Positions 39,563 to 51,400 of a stretch of 64,000 nt of DNA are shown piece by piece. The stretch is from a virus: positions 1-64,000 of IMG/VR virus record IMGVR_UViG_3300017917_005108. One strand, given 5' to 3'. The first letter of the stretch is position 1. Each line of letters begins with the position of its first letter. The notes below the pieces were generated by a model. That model had not been told where the DNA came from. It ran no database searches and worked only from the letters and a program-made list of their open reading frames with translations. The position numbers and the translations under genes were made by a program.

Positions 39563-41125
39563 TTACTGTAACAATGCAAAGCTTTCTAAAGCTCCAGCTT
39601 GAGCTGCTGACCAGCTACCAGATATCTGACTAAATGCACCTCTTGTTGTTGTATCACCCAGTCCTAATTGACCGTATTCATTATATCCTGTTCCTAGTAA
39701 TACAGTACTATTAGCTGATAATCCTATTGTATGACCTAATCCAGCTCCTACAAATTGAGACCAGGTACCTGTCATTGATGTAAATGTTGTATAATTTGTA
39801 AAGGAACTAAACCCTAGCTGGCCTAAATTATTAGCTCCAGTACCGAATAGTTTATAATAACTACCGTTTGCAGATATACCTATAGTGAATGCACTGCCAG
39901 TGCTTACAAGAGTTGAAGATGAAATTACATGTACAACAGTAAATGTTGTTCTATCTGTAGTATCTCCTACACCCAACTGACCCCTATTATTACTGCCAGT
40001 CCCATACCACCTACAATTTGCAAAAGGTGTACCAGAGGATAGAGCAAGAGTATGGTTATAGCCAGGTGATATACTATCCCAATTTCCAGGTAGTCTATTA
40101 AACCCATTTCTACTAATTCTATCTCCTAACCCGAGTTGACCTGATAAGTTATTTCCTGTGGTAAACCATACACTATTAGGTGTAGCTGATTGTGCAAATA
40201 CATAATTATCACCTGCAAGTACTGTATTCCAACTACCTGTTAGCTGAACAAAGGTATTAGATGTTGCGGGTATATTAGCTTGCAAACTAGTCAAAGTACC
40301 AGCTGCAAACATAGTATTTGTACCAGCAGAAATAGCTACTGTAAATGCACCTGCTGGAGCTATATAATCCCAGTTTCCATTTACAATAGTATAAGTTGAT
40401 TTGTTAGTGTTGTCACCTACACCTAACTGACCTTCTGTATTTCTACCCGCAGCATACCACGTAGTGGTGCCTGTACTTCTAGCAAACGTATATAGATATG
40501 TATTGCTCTTTGTAGATTTAAATATGTCAAAGTTTCCTGGTACATTACCAAATGAATTCATTTGACTACCTGTACCGGATTCACCGTAAATATTAGATCC
40601 TGCTCTTCTAATTATATAAGTTGGTACTGTAGGTGTAGGCGTGGGTGTATTAGAAGGTGTGGGTGAAGGTGTTGGTGTGTTGGTAGGTGTAGGTGTGGGT
40701 GTATTAGTAGGTGTATTAGTTGGGGTAGGCGTAGGTGTATTGGTAGGTGTTGGTGAAGGCGTAATAGTGGGTGTATTGGTAGGTGTCGGTGTAGGTGTAA
40801 TTGTAGGCGTCGGTGTAGGAGTATTTGTAGTAAAGATTGTAGGTGTGGGAGTCGGAGAAGGAGTTGGTGTGGGAGTTGGAGTTGGTGTGGGACAAATAAT
40901 AGTATAGGGAACTGTATTAGAAATAAACAAATAGTCTGTATTTGGAAAAACGTGATTTAAGGTATTTAAAGAACTTAATGGGTTGTATGTTAATAGATAA
41001 TTTCCAGTTGAACCTATTCCTATTATCTTATTGATATTCAAACGACTAGGAAAAGCTGATAGGGGTATAGGTGTAGATGTTGTACACCCTAGATTAACAA
41101 ATTCATATATGTTAGAAATTGTCAT
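39563..41125 (-). CDS. Modular protein: N-module / long PT stalk / RCC1-BLIP-II propeller
   Basis: Repeated GxNxxGQLGxGD motif. Confidence 0.85.
   Translation of the reverse strand: MTISNIYEFVNLGCTTSTPIPLSAFPSRLNINKIIGIGSTGNYLLTYNPLSSLNTLNHVFPNTDYLFISNTVPYTIICPTPTPTPTPTPSPTPTPTIFTTNTPTPTPTITPTPTPTNTPTITPSPTPTNTPTPTPTNTPTNTPTPTPTNTPTPSPTPSNTPTPTPTVPTYIIRRAGSNIYGESGTGSQMNSFGNVPGNFDIFKSTKSNTYLYTFARSTGTTTWYAAGRNTEGQLGVGDNTNKSTYTIVNGNWDYIAPAGAFTVAISAGTNTMFAAGTLTSLQANIPATSNTFVQLTGSWNTVLAGDNYVFAQSATPNSVWFTTGNNLSGQLGLGDRISRNGFNRLPGNWDSISPGYNHTLALSSGTPFANCRWYGTGSNNRGQLGVGDTTDRTTFTVVHVISSSTLVSTGSAFTIGISANGSYYKLFGTGANNLGQLGFSSFTNYTTFTSMTGTWSQFVGAGLGHTIGLSANSTVLLGTGYNEYGQLGLGDTTTRGAFSQISGSWSAAQAGALESFALLQ
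40628..40892 (-). repeat. Longest (Pro-Thr)n tract (~88 codons)
   Basis: [13 protein letters not shown]...TNTPTPTP. Confidence 0.95.
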
Positions 41126-41139
41126 TTATTATTATATAT

Positions 41140-44100
41140 TTATAACACCTGAACAGAGCCAGGTGCAAATATCCCTTCATAATTAGTTTGTGTATTAAAC
41201 TTAAAGTATGTAAATTTTTGACCTAGATATATTGGATCAAAGTTTACAGTAGCAACAAAAGCATTATTAATATAGATATCCATTGTTAATGGTAAATCAG
41301 TTGGATACTTGTTATCATAGGAAAGAATATCGCTTTGATACAATGAAGCAAATGAAACACCATAATAGCCTACAACGCCTCCGGAGATCGGTATCTGTAT
41401 AGAGGAATCAAATGTAGTAGGCTCTACAGGAGTACTATAATCATTATTAAAGTAGCCATTAATATTGAAGTTTTTAATTTTTAATGTAGCAGCTGTTAGA
41501 CCAGAGCTATATGATAAACAAGGTCTAACTGCGTTAGGCGTTAAATCACCAAAATTATAATCAAGATAGGTAGAAAAATCTCTAGCACTTAATTCTTTTT
41601 GTTGAACTATAACTCTTTTACCTAAATCACAAAATCTAATTCTTATTCTTCTATATACAGGCAAATCTGTACCAGTTATTTGTTGATAAATTGAAATTGG
41701 ATTGTCAAAGCTAGATAAAGAGTTAGTTCTTGTTATAACTTGATAGTTATCATAAAATCCGCCTCTTAATGTTATAGAGTTTGATACGCTTGTAGGTAAT
41801 CCAGTTACACCATAACTTGAAGTGCCAAAATTACCAGTTGAGTCAAAGCCTATACCTAAGATACCACTATAAAGACCGTTATAATTTATAAATGCTGCGC
41901 CACCTGTTGAATTAGTACTCAAGTAATTAGCGTTTGTATAATTCAACCCATATCCTGGTGCGCCACCACTTACTATAGGTGTGTAACCTATTAAAGATAC
42001 ACAGAATCCTTCTCCTGCTTGTGTTGTTGAACCGTAGAAAGCATAATCAAAAGTAATTACTATATCTTTTCTTGTATCAAAACCGCTTGTGCTATAAATT
42101 AGAGTGCTTTTTGCACTTACAGGTAACGTATAAAAGCCTGTTGGGTAAATTGTCATGGTTGTAGTGGCTGAACCAGAATAATTACCGTTCACCGAAACAG
42201 CACTTACTGTATAAGAACCTGTTTCAATTGGAGTGACAAAACTACCTGAAGAAAGATAATAGGTTAACAACCCTACACCGGGATAAGAAGGTGAAAACGC
42301 TGACACGCTCTTTGGACTACCTGTATAAACAAAGCTGGTATTTGTAAATTGTATAAAATTAGAAATGTCTAATCTTGTTAGTGTAATATCAAATAAAGCT
42401 GTTGCAGGAGCAAAAACTGTAGTGGATAAAGAGCTTACTAAAACTGTTATTGTACCTGTACCAGATAAAGCAGAAACTGTTGGACTTAAAGTCTTACCAG
42501 GACCACTTAGAACTGTATAAAATGTTTGTAATCTGTTACCCAGGTATGATGCAGTTGCTGATAAGTCTAGGGTTTGTGTGTATTGAAGTGTTGCAGGCAG
42601 AGAAGGCTGAACTATAGATATTTTAGGAACAGGCTGGCTTACAGTATTGTTGGGTTCATCAGGGTATAAGACGACTCCCTGAGTAGACATGTGTGTATAC
42701 TGCTGATTGGAATAACTGGATCTGCCAGTTTTGTTGTTTGTATAATCATAAATGTAAGCGCCACCTGCGCACAGTGAGTAAAATAATGCATCTATAGATT
42801 CTGAATCTAGTAAATTGTTGTTTACATATGCTTCATAGGAAATTTTTGTAGAAGTAAGAACATTTATTGATGTTAAATTATTGTACTCGCAATGAATATA
42901 CTCTAACCCGGTGAGTGGTGTTAAATCTAATGTTGAAATGTTATTGTCTTGAATTTGAAGGTTGGTTATGTTTTTGCTGTAGTTTAAATTAATTGTAGAA
43001 AGATAATTTGTAAATGCTTGAAAATATATAAGAGACGAAAAAGCAGATAAATTGATACTGCTTAGCTGATTAGTATTAGCTGTAAACTCTGTTATACCGG
43101 AACATTTATGCAAAACGGTGAAATTGTTAATTTCTCTTAAACGGTTATTACTAATATTAACTGATGAAAGATTTACAGAGCCAGTAAAATCAAAAGACGT
43201 CAGTCCATTGTTATTGAGGCTTAGATAGGCTAGATTAGGGAGATTAGACAACGTAATGCTGTTAGCGTCTCCGCCTCCAAATACCAGATAGTTTAATACA
43301 GGGTAATTGGAAAAGTTAATAGATGAGATGTTATGATAATAAACATTTATTCGTTCCATTGTGCCTGGTAATGTTGGCAGCGATGTTAAGTTAGTATAAT
43401 AAAGAAAAATGCTTGATAAAACAGTACAATTTGTAAAATCAATAGAGTTTATAGGTCCATAATAATATATTTGATTTAAATTGTAGCAGTTAGAAAAATC
43501 TACAAATTTATTTGAAGATTGTATGCTGAGAAAATAGAAATAATTTAACTGTGGGTTGTTTTTTATATTAATGTTTTTTAATGGAGAGCCATCCATATAA
43601 ATGGTTTTTAAAACAGGAGCACCAGTCAGAGTGAATGCGCTCAACGAATTGTTGTATCTAGTAAAGAAAAAACTATCAAATGTTATAGAAGTTAAACTAG
43701 CAAAATAGTTGTTTTCAGTTTTAACTGCAGAAAGGTGCACATTTCCTGTAAAAACTAAAGTATCTATACTGCTTAGACCTTTAGTTAAATCTATTTCAGG
43801 GGCAGAAGTTCTGCAGTTAAAATATTTTAATGCACTCAATCCAGCTAGCTGCACAGATGATAGACTGTATGAATTAAGTGTTAATGATATTAAATTGTTT
43901 AGTGTATTGTAATTAAAGGAAGTGATAAAACGTGAGTTAGTAAACGCAATATTTTCTAAATTGTTAGGTATTGCAGGTAGAATTAAAGATCTTAGATTAG
44001 ATGTGGCTCCTAAGTCTAAAAATTTGAGGGCTGACAGACTTGATATATCTAATGAAGACAGGGATTGGCTATTAAAGAGGTTTAAAGCTGTTAGAGAGTC

Positions 44101-45246
44101 TGCTAAATTATCTAAATTTAGTGAAGTCAGGGAACAATTTAATGCTGATAAATTTCTAAGCTTAAAAGAAGATGGGTAGTTATTAAAATTTATTTCAGTT
44201 ATAGGATTACAAGATACATCAAGTGTTTCAAGTGCAGATAATGCTGATAGACCTATAATAATGTTTAAAGAACTTAAAGAACCAACAGGAGAAGAAAAAT
44301 AATTATAGCCGCCTACATCTAAATACTGTAATGCTGTTAGACCTGTTACATTAAGTGATGTCAGAGGATTGGTATTCAGATACAAGTATTGTAGAGCAGG
44401 TAAATTTATTAGAACAGGATCAGTAATTAAGTTACCATTTGTTAATCCAAGATTATAGTAAGTAATTGGATCGTACCCACGGCGATCACCGAGGTGTAAA
44501 TAACTCAAAGTAGGTATGTTTTGTAATACAAAAGAAGTTAGCTGGTTGTTATTACAGAAAAGATATCGCAAACTGCTCAAAGGCCCAGTAAAATTAAATG
44601 AGCTTAATCTACTAGTGTAATTGGAATAGATGTTATGAGGCCCTAGATTTAAAGATGCAATACCACTAAGAGCTCTGGTATCAGATAGTGTAAAGTCTAA
44701 TACTTTTAATGGTGTTCTACCTATATCTAATGAAAATAAGCTACAATTATTAAATTTAAATGCACTAAGATAAGAGCTGTCTAGATTAAGGTAAGATAAT
44801 TTAGTACCACTTAAATTAACATACTGATATGATCCATTGCGTATGTCTAGACTAAAGAGGTTTTGTAGTCCTATAACTCTGATGCCTGATATACCGCCTG
44901 TCCATGTGTAGAAATTATATAAAGAAGCATTTTCCCTTAGATCTGCTTCAAACAATGTATTGTTCCCTGCTCCATGAAATGTCACCAGGTTAGGAAATAA
45001 TCTGAAATCTAAATATGTAAGAGACTGCTGAAATGGTAGTTCATAAAGTCCGCTGTATAAATCTGTTACTAAAGCCAATCTAGGTGAAGTGTTTTCAATG
45101 TAAAGTGTATTGTTACCGACGTTTAAGCCTTCTTTTTGCACATAATAATCAGTGCCAGAGAGTAAAGGAGGGTATGGTACAAAAAAAGCAGATATACTAC
45201 TTGTTTGATTGTTATTGCTTGCGGTTGCTGCTCTTACCCATGCCAT
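41140..45246 (-). CDS. Giant LRR protein with MBG-like and L-type lectin-like domains
   Basis: LxxLxLxxNxLTSL repeats; FVYTGSPK...GSYTVSAV...NYSGSAT; GEGFCV...LGIGFD. Confidence 0.8.
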   Translation of the reverse strand: MAWVRAATASNNNQTSSISAFFVPYPPLLSGTDYYVQKEGLNVGNNTLYIENTSPRLALVTDLYSGLYELPFQQSLTYLDFRLFPNLVTFHGAGNNTLFEADLRENASLYNFYTWTGGISGIRVIGLQNLFSLDIRNGSYQYVNLSGTKLSYLNLDSSYLSAFKFNNCSLFSLDIGRTPLKVLDFTLSDTRALSGIASLNLGPHNIYSNYTSRLSSFNFTGPLSSLRYLFCNNNQLTSFVLQNIPTLSYLHLGDRRGYDPITYYNLGLTNGNLITDPVLINLPALQYLYLNTNPLTSLNVTGLTALQYLDVGGYNYFSSPVGSLSSLNIIIGLSALSALETLDVSCNPITEINFNNYPSSFKLRNLSALNCSLTSLNLDNLADSLTALNLFNSQSLSSLDISSLSALKFLDLGATSNLRSLILPAIPNNLENIAFTNSRFITSFNYNTLNNLISLTLNSYSLSSVQLAGLSALKYFNCRTSAPEIDLTKGLSSIDTLVFTGNVHLSAVKTENNYFASLTSITFDSFFFTRYNNSLSAFTLTGAPVLKTIYMDGSPLKNINIKNNPQLNYFYFLSIQSSNKFVDFSNCYNLNQIYYYGPINSIDFTNCTVLSSIFLYYTNLTSLPTLPGTMERINVYYHNISSINFSNYPVLNYLVFGGGDANSITLSNLPNLAYLSLNNNGLTSFDFTGSVNLSSVNISNNRLREINNFTVLHKCSGITEFTANTNQLSSINLSAFSSLIYFQAFTNYLSTINLNYSKNITNLQIQDNNISTLDLTPLTGLEYIHCEYNNLTSINVLTSTKISYEAYVNNNLLDSESIDALFYSLCAGGAYIYDYTNNKTGRSSYSNQQYTHMSTQGVVLYPDEPNNTVSQPVPKISIVQPSLPATLQYTQTLDLSATASYLGNRLQTFYTVLSGPGKTLSPTVSALSGTGTITVLVSSLSTTVFAPATALFDITLTRLDISNFIQFTNTSFVYTGSPKSVSAFSPSYPGVGLLTYYLSSGSFVTPIETGSYTVSAVSVNGNYSGSATTTMTIYPTGFYTLPVSAKSTLIYSTSGFDTRKDIVITFDYAFYGSTTQAGEGFCVSLIGYTPIVSGGAPGYGLNYTNANYLSTNSTGGAAFINYNGLYSGILGIGFDSTGNFGTSSYGVTGLPTSVSNSITLRGGFYDNYQVITRTNSLSSFDNPISIYQQITGTDLPVYRRIRIRFCDLGKRVIVQQKELSARDFSTYLDYNFGDLTPNAVRPCLSYSSGLTAATLKIKNFNINGYFNNDYSTPVEPTTFDSSIQIPISGGVVGYYGVSFASLYQSDILSYDNKYPTDLPLTMDIYINNAFVATVNFDPIYLGQKFTYFKFNTQTNYEGIFAPGSVQVL

Positions 45247-45252
45247 AAAAAA

Positions 45253-48200
45253 TTAGAAAGTTAGTTCTCCTCCGGTTAGAGTTGGCGTATCACCTATTAC
45301 AACAAAAGTGCTGTAATTTAATAAATTAGTTGGATTACTAAAATTGTTGTGTATTGTTCCTATATTTGGTCTATACATACTACTTTGTATATTAGTTAAT
45401 ATACCGTTAAAGTATTTAAAGTCTGTTACAAATGCATAAAACATATTAGTTGTATCTTTGGCAAGATAGGTAATACTATATATATTTGTTTCAGAATTTA
45501 AAGTCATAATAGGCTTGTCTATAGTAATAATATCAATGTTCTGGTTAGTACCTGTTAGACTAAACTGTACTACGTCAAGATAGTTTACATCTGCAAGCTT
45601 TTTGTAAGGGTAGAGCTGTACTAAACTAAATGTGTTTAAATTTAAAGAATATATAACAGGATATATTGATTTAAAGTTTGAAGCACTAGCTATAGGGTGT
45701 AGTGTTGTTTTTGCAAAAATAAGTTCATTATTCTTTTCATCAAACCAAACAGTGGAAAACTTTTCAAATTCTTTATTAATACCTCTTTCTACATAGGTTT
45801 CGTTATTAGAAGGTGTCCTGACATTATTAGTGGAATAATTAAAATCAATTTTATCAAAAATTAAATGATTTTCTGTTTCAACTTGTAATGTATCATAATA
45901 TACATCAAAATTAATAACACAGTTATTAACCTCTTCTCTTATATGTTGAGGGTATTTTATAAAAATGCTTGAAAGTGCAGAAGAAACTGGTTCTATTAGA
46001 GAAGAATTAGAATTTCTCATATAAAAATCTCCATATGTAGAATATCTAGTATTGTAAATAGAAACTTTACCTGAGGAGCCTGTTAAAGTAGGTACATATT
46101 CAGTTTCTCTATTTTGTAGTCTGATATTAAAGAAATTACTAGGTAATGTAAAATCAGGCTCCTGTGTAAATTGATCATTACAGGGAGTAAATTGATCGGT
46201 AAAACTACTTACAACAAAATAATAACCTAGATATTGTGGTAAAGCAGAAGCTGGGGGTTCAAATGTAAATGAAGCTGCATATGCAAATGTGGGTCTATAA
46301 TCAGGTGCAATAGGATTAGCTCCTGCATCTACAAGCTCATCATAAAAAGTTGGTGTTACATTAGGTACAAATGAGGGGTTATCAGTGCAGGGATCAACTA
46401 ATAAAGTTCCATTTGGTGAGATAAAAGAAAATCCGTCTTTAACATAGCAAATAATTGTAGTTTTAACTATTTCTGAACAAAATCTTTCTGGTTGAAATGC
46501 ATAGGATGCAATGTTATAAGGTGAACCAGAAAGAGCAAATTCTGGTATACCGTCTGTGTACTGTGTTGCTGAAAGCGGTGATATTGCAGTAAGAGATCCA
46601 GAATAAACAAAATAACCTGATCCTGGAGGATAGTTATTAGTTGTTCTTAATATAACACCAGAATAATTTTTTAAAGCATTAATTTCTGTATAATCAAAAT
46701 TAAATCCTGATACAACATCATAAAAAACATGTCCATCTATTATTAAACAATCTTTATCTGTTAAAAGACTACCACTATTTGAGTATGCAGATAAAATACC
46801 GGAAGTGTTTTTAAAGTCACCAGTAATTTTGTATAAACCATAATCATTACCATAGACATCTGATTTAAATTGAACTAATGTTTTGTTAAGTGAAAGTAAT
46901 TTTTCAAGTCTTAAATCTATTGGGTATTGGTTAACAGGGTGGAGAGGATATATATCATCATTTGCCCAAGTATCTTTTTTATAATTTTTAAAAAATTCTT
47001 GAGGGTCTATATATCTAGATAATCCTTGATTAGAAAATGTTATGCTTTGCTCTCTGCTTTGATATCCTCTAAAAGTATGTAATAGAGGGTCACTTTTAAC
47101 ATCGCCGAATTTATAGCCGTTTGTATAATCTATTTGAGTAAAGCTATTATCTTCTATAAAAATTAAGGGTGACTCTTGATCTTGCTGTGTATTACCTGAG
47201 ATATTTCCAAATTTACTTGGATCTGGAAAAATATAAACAGTGTTGGGTGTTAAAGTAGAAACACTTACTGTTGAAGTAAAATTAAAATTATAAAAATTAA
47301 GTAGCCCTAATTTATCTGGTTTAAAAAACAATCCTTGTGCTTTTGGTGTTTTTAAAAGACTTTCTTCGGGTACAAATGCTACAGTTGGAGAAGTTTTATT
47401 TAAATAGTTTGCAAATGGGCTCTCTGCTTTAAATAAAATACCAGAGGTAATATTTGTAACTGTATTTCCGGTTGATACATAATAAAAATCTGTACCCATG
47501 TATTTTTTTGTAACTTCTTTAAGTAAGCTTAGCCTTAAATTATTTTGACTATTATTGTTTATATTATTAATAAAGTCTCTATCTTTAAGAAAGTTTAATT
47601 GGGTTGAATTAATTGTTGGTGTAATAGAGAAATTATTTGTACCTAATTCAACTAAAAAGAATGGGTAGCTTGTGATTGCATTTACTATAGATTTGTCAAA
47701 ATTTAAATAATAATTTGCATCTATATCTAGTAAATTAAGAACAAATTCAGTATTTCGTAATCCTGTTGCCCCGTAGGCTGATGCGGGTAAAGTACCTAAA
47801 TCAAAATAGCTAGAATTATTATCATATAGTTCTTCTAACTCTACTATTATGTTATTTCTTACTGCAGAGGGAGTAATATTTAGAGTTTGAATTAGTTCAG
47901 TTAAATCTTGTGCTTCTAAACTTTTTGATATTTCATTGTAGATTAGTTTTTCTACGCCGTATATACTACCCTTTAGGTTATACTCAACAGCGCTAAACTT
48001 TGCTTTATCACGTAAAGTAGAGAAATATATACAAATATCCTTTATTTTTTTAGCAAAAAATGGAACTGCAATAGCTAAGTCTCTAGGGCTGTTTTTATCT
48101 ATATTTTGTAAGAATCTTCTTTCATCAATAGATGAATAATTTAAAACTATTTCTGTTATAAAGTCTTTATATAATTCGGTAATAGCATCAGAAGATGCTT

Positions 48201-48411
48201 GAGGCGCATAATCTTTAGCTTCAAACCAATTATTAAGATAATTGTTATATCTTTGAAATAATTCTTCTGTACTTAGGGATAAGGTACCGTTATATTTTAA
48301 CCAGTCTATAAATGATATAGGTGTTGTTCTATCAATTGGAAATTCAACTAATGTGTCTTTAGTAATAGAATTATCTAATTTTTCATCTACAAATCTATTA
48401 ACATCTGGCAT
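45253..48411 (-). CDS. Large putative virion structural protein
   Basis: 1052 aa within baseplate/tail run; TAAATA-N5-ATG. Confidence 0.6.
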   Translation of the reverse strand: MPDVNRFVDEKLDNSITKDTLVEFPIDRTTPISFIDWLKYNGTLSLSTEELFQRYNNYLNNWFEAKDYAPQASSDAITELYKDFITEIVLNYSSIDERRFLQNIDKNSPRDLAIAVPFFAKKIKDICIYFSTLRDKAKFSAVEYNLKGSIYGVEKLIYNEISKSLEAQDLTELIQTLNITPSAVRNNIIVELEELYDNNSSYFDLGTLPASAYGATGLRNTEFVLNLLDIDANYYLNFDKSIVNAITSYPFFLVELGTNNFSITPTINSTQLNFLKDRDFINNINNNSQNNLRLSLLKEVTKKYMGTDFYYVSTGNTVTNITSGILFKAESPFANYLNKTSPTVAFVPEESLLKTPKAQGLFFKPDKLGLLNFYNFNFTSTVSVSTLTPNTVYIFPDPSKFGNISGNTQQDQESPLIFIEDNSFTQIDYTNGYKFGDVKSDPLLHTFRGYQSREQSITFSNQGLSRYIDPQEFFKNYKKDTWANDDIYPLHPVNQYPIDLRLEKLLSLNKTLVQFKSDVYGNDYGLYKITGDFKNTSGILSAYSNSGSLLTDKDCLIIDGHVFYDVVSGFNFDYTEINALKNYSGVILRTTNNYPPGSGYFVYSGSLTAISPLSATQYTDGIPEFALSGSPYNIASYAFQPERFCSEIVKTTIICYVKDGFSFISPNGTLLVDPCTDNPSFVPNVTPTFYDELVDAGANPIAPDYRPTFAYAASFTFEPPASALPQYLGYYFVVSSFTDQFTPCNDQFTQEPDFTLPSNFFNIRLQNRETEYVPTLTGSSGKVSIYNTRYSTYGDFYMRNSNSSLIEPVSSALSSIFIKYPQHIREEVNNCVINFDVYYDTLQVETENHLIFDKIDFNYSTNNVRTPSNNETYVERGINKEFEKFSTVWFDEKNNELIFAKTTLHPIASASNFKSIYPVIYSLNLNTFSLVQLYPYKKLADVNYLDVVQFSLTGTNQNIDIITIDKPIMTLNSETNIYSITYLAKDTTNMFYAFVTDFKYFNGILTNIQSSMYRPNIGTIHNNFSNPTNLLNYSTFVVIGDTPTLTGGELTF

Positions 48412-48419
48412 TGAATTAT

Positions 48420-51400
48420 TTAATTATTGTATACAATATCAACAGTATTAGTAAATAGCTTTAAGCCTTTAGTTAGCTCATAACTTAAAATATTTTGCAT
48501 GATTCCGTTATTCTTTGACCAGTCTTTATAAGAGCTTAATGTGGGAGACAGTAGATTAATTGGGTCATTCCAATTTAAAATATTGTTATAGAAAGAGTTT
48601 TCAGTAATATCATTAAATTGATAGAAGGAATAATAATTTTTAATATTTATACCAGTAAGACTCTTAGGCGCTACTAAGCCCCAGCCCCAGTCATACGTGT
48701 ATGAACTTAAAGGTAATATATCTCCTAAATTATAGCCTTTGATATTAGATGTGTTTACTATTGTATAAAGGTCAGAGAAGAGCTCTAAAGCTACTATAGA
48801 TTTTCCAGAAATAATAGTACCTGACAATACATTTATTTGATTGCCTAAATTTATTCCATATTTTGAGCTATTAATATATCCTTTTTTATCAAAATTTCTA
48901 TTAAACGTATTTCTATCACCCCAAAGTATTTTGTGTTTTATTGATAAAAGATCTACAAGTCTTCTTAATTGAGGTGGAAAGGGATAATTATATTCCTCAA
49001 ACTGTAGACTTAACTCATCGCAAAAAGATAGAAGTTTATCTAAATTGCATTTATCTATATCTGAGTTGTTGGAAACAAAGTTTGCTGTTTTTTCATATAC
49101 TACTTTTCCCAACTCATAAGGTTGAGCACTAATGCTGCCTACTATTGTGCTTAAAAAATTATCAAAAAACATTTTTTTATTAAAAAGAACTTCTTGATAT
49201 CTTAAATCTTTATAAAAATTACCAGCATCAAAATCTTCATTTATTTTTGTAACGTTATATTTACCGGTAGAAGGATATACGTTAAAAAGCGCAGACTCGC
49301 CAGATAGATATCTTGTAACATTAAAAGGAACCATATATTTGTTAATCCATCTTGATCCAATCCAATCACCGTAGGCCTGGAATATTCTTTCTTGGAAAGC
49401 AGATACGGGATTAGATGTTGAATCTGGAGGAAACTCTAAAGTAATACTGTCAACACCTGCAATAGAAGACATGCTTTCGTTAGTAGTGTCAACATAATAC
49501 AATTTGTTTTCAAAATTGTTTATTACCCAAAGATAATTTGCAGTATCACATGCAATACCACCTATACTACCTATATAGTTTGTTGTGTTAACACCGGAAC
49601 CGCCAGGAAAAGAAGTAACTTTTTGAGGATTATTTGCATCTAGCTTTATTATTGTTTCTCTATCATTAACAACATAAGCATTTTGTGCACCATCAACAGT
49701 TATATTGCCTGCTAGTCTAAACCCTGTAAGAGGATATCCTGTGAGAAGGTTACCGTCTTTATCAAACTTATATACAAAATCATTTTTACCTGTTAAAGAA
49801 ACAGAAGGTGAAACAGGATAATTCATATTTAAAGTAGTAAGCCATACATAATTGTTTCTATCAACACAAATTTCTACCGGGGATATTAAACTTGGAAATG
49901 GTATTACTTTTATAAAATTACCTGTATCATCAAATTTAAATAAAAAGTTTGATATTGGATGTGTATAAGCAACCCATATATTATTTTGTGTATCGGTATC
50001 TATAGATGCAGGTAGTAAAGTATTTTCACCAGCAAATCCACTTAGGGGAGCTAAATTGTAATCAGAACTTAAAGCATACACCAGATTTTTATACATAGGT
50101 ACAGCAACAGATTTTGCTTGTCCTGTATATCTATCAATTTTTATTGATGAGACTGCATCAAAAAGTGTAAACCATACATCGCTATTACCGTCCATAACAA
50201 TACTCGCAGGAGCAGCGCTAGATAGTTCTGTTGATCTAAGATCAACATAGTAGGTAGAGTTGTATCCTGAAAAAGGATATGAAGATAAATTAAATGCAGA
50301 GAGAATTCCGCCGTAAATATCAATTTTATAAATTTTATCTGCTTGTCCGTCTGCTACCCATGTTCTATAGTCTTCACCAAACCCTGCTCCAGATGGTGCA
50401 ACTTGAAATGAATAGCTTTCAACACTTCCAGGTGTATCATAATCTGATACATAGGCTGAAAGAAACTCTTCCATTGTACCATCACAGTAATTAAAGTTTC
50501 TAGTTTTAAAAATACGTTTTACCTTGAAGTATTGTGGCATAGATACCCATCCTACTAAACTATCTTTAGGAAAGTTTACCGGGTCAACAACAGTCATGCC
50601 AGCAGTTAATAATAAATTCTCACTGCTAATATGAGGAATAAAATATCCTTTATAAAATCCACCAATGCTTCTTGGTATATCAACAGAAAAATCACTATAA
50701 AAGCTTACTGCAGATATACAGGTGCGAGTTAAGTCATTATTTTGCTTTACTAAGCTTATGGCTAAATCATAAGAAGTGACATTTTGCGCAAGAGTTTCAA
50801 TTGTAGATGATGATAGAGGTGGATATGTTTTTGTAGTATAATTTTCAAAATCTTTCATTCTAATAACAAAAGGTATCTCAGTATACTGCCAACTAATTTC
50901 AGGAATGTTAAAGTTAGTTGCTGACAAAGCACCTTCGCCATCAATACCATTGGAAGTAATGCTCAGTCTACCTGCAGAATTATGTCTAACTTTAATAATA
51001 GGTAGACATGCGGGGTCTAGTTGCTGAAAACCGTAAGGCGGATATCCAACGTAGTCTTGTATGCTAGTAACCATGGAGTATGCATCTTTAAATTTTGCAT
51101 TGTCAAAAGTAGCAAAAATTAAAATTGGCGGTTCTCTTGTAGTGTAATTTTTTGTTCTATCATCAACATAATAAAATTCTGCATATCCGGTGGTACCGGC
51201 AAACCTAGATCCAGTGTCATTCTCTTGACACTGTTGAATATTGTTATTAACTATGTTTGCGTATATTTTTGTATCTTTTGTTATCACTTTATCAACTATT
51301 ACAAATTCATCAAAATCTCCTATTTTTTGAACTTCATAAAGTCGTGACAAACTTCTTAAATGACTCCATTTGTCTCTAATAAAAGAATTATAATCAATAT

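Noticed and set aside
32445-40907. CRISPR-like arrays or Gly-Val repeat proteins on the + strand (32458, 40641)
   Set aside because: Antisense shadows of (Pro-Thr)n codons; no constant repeat with unique spacers
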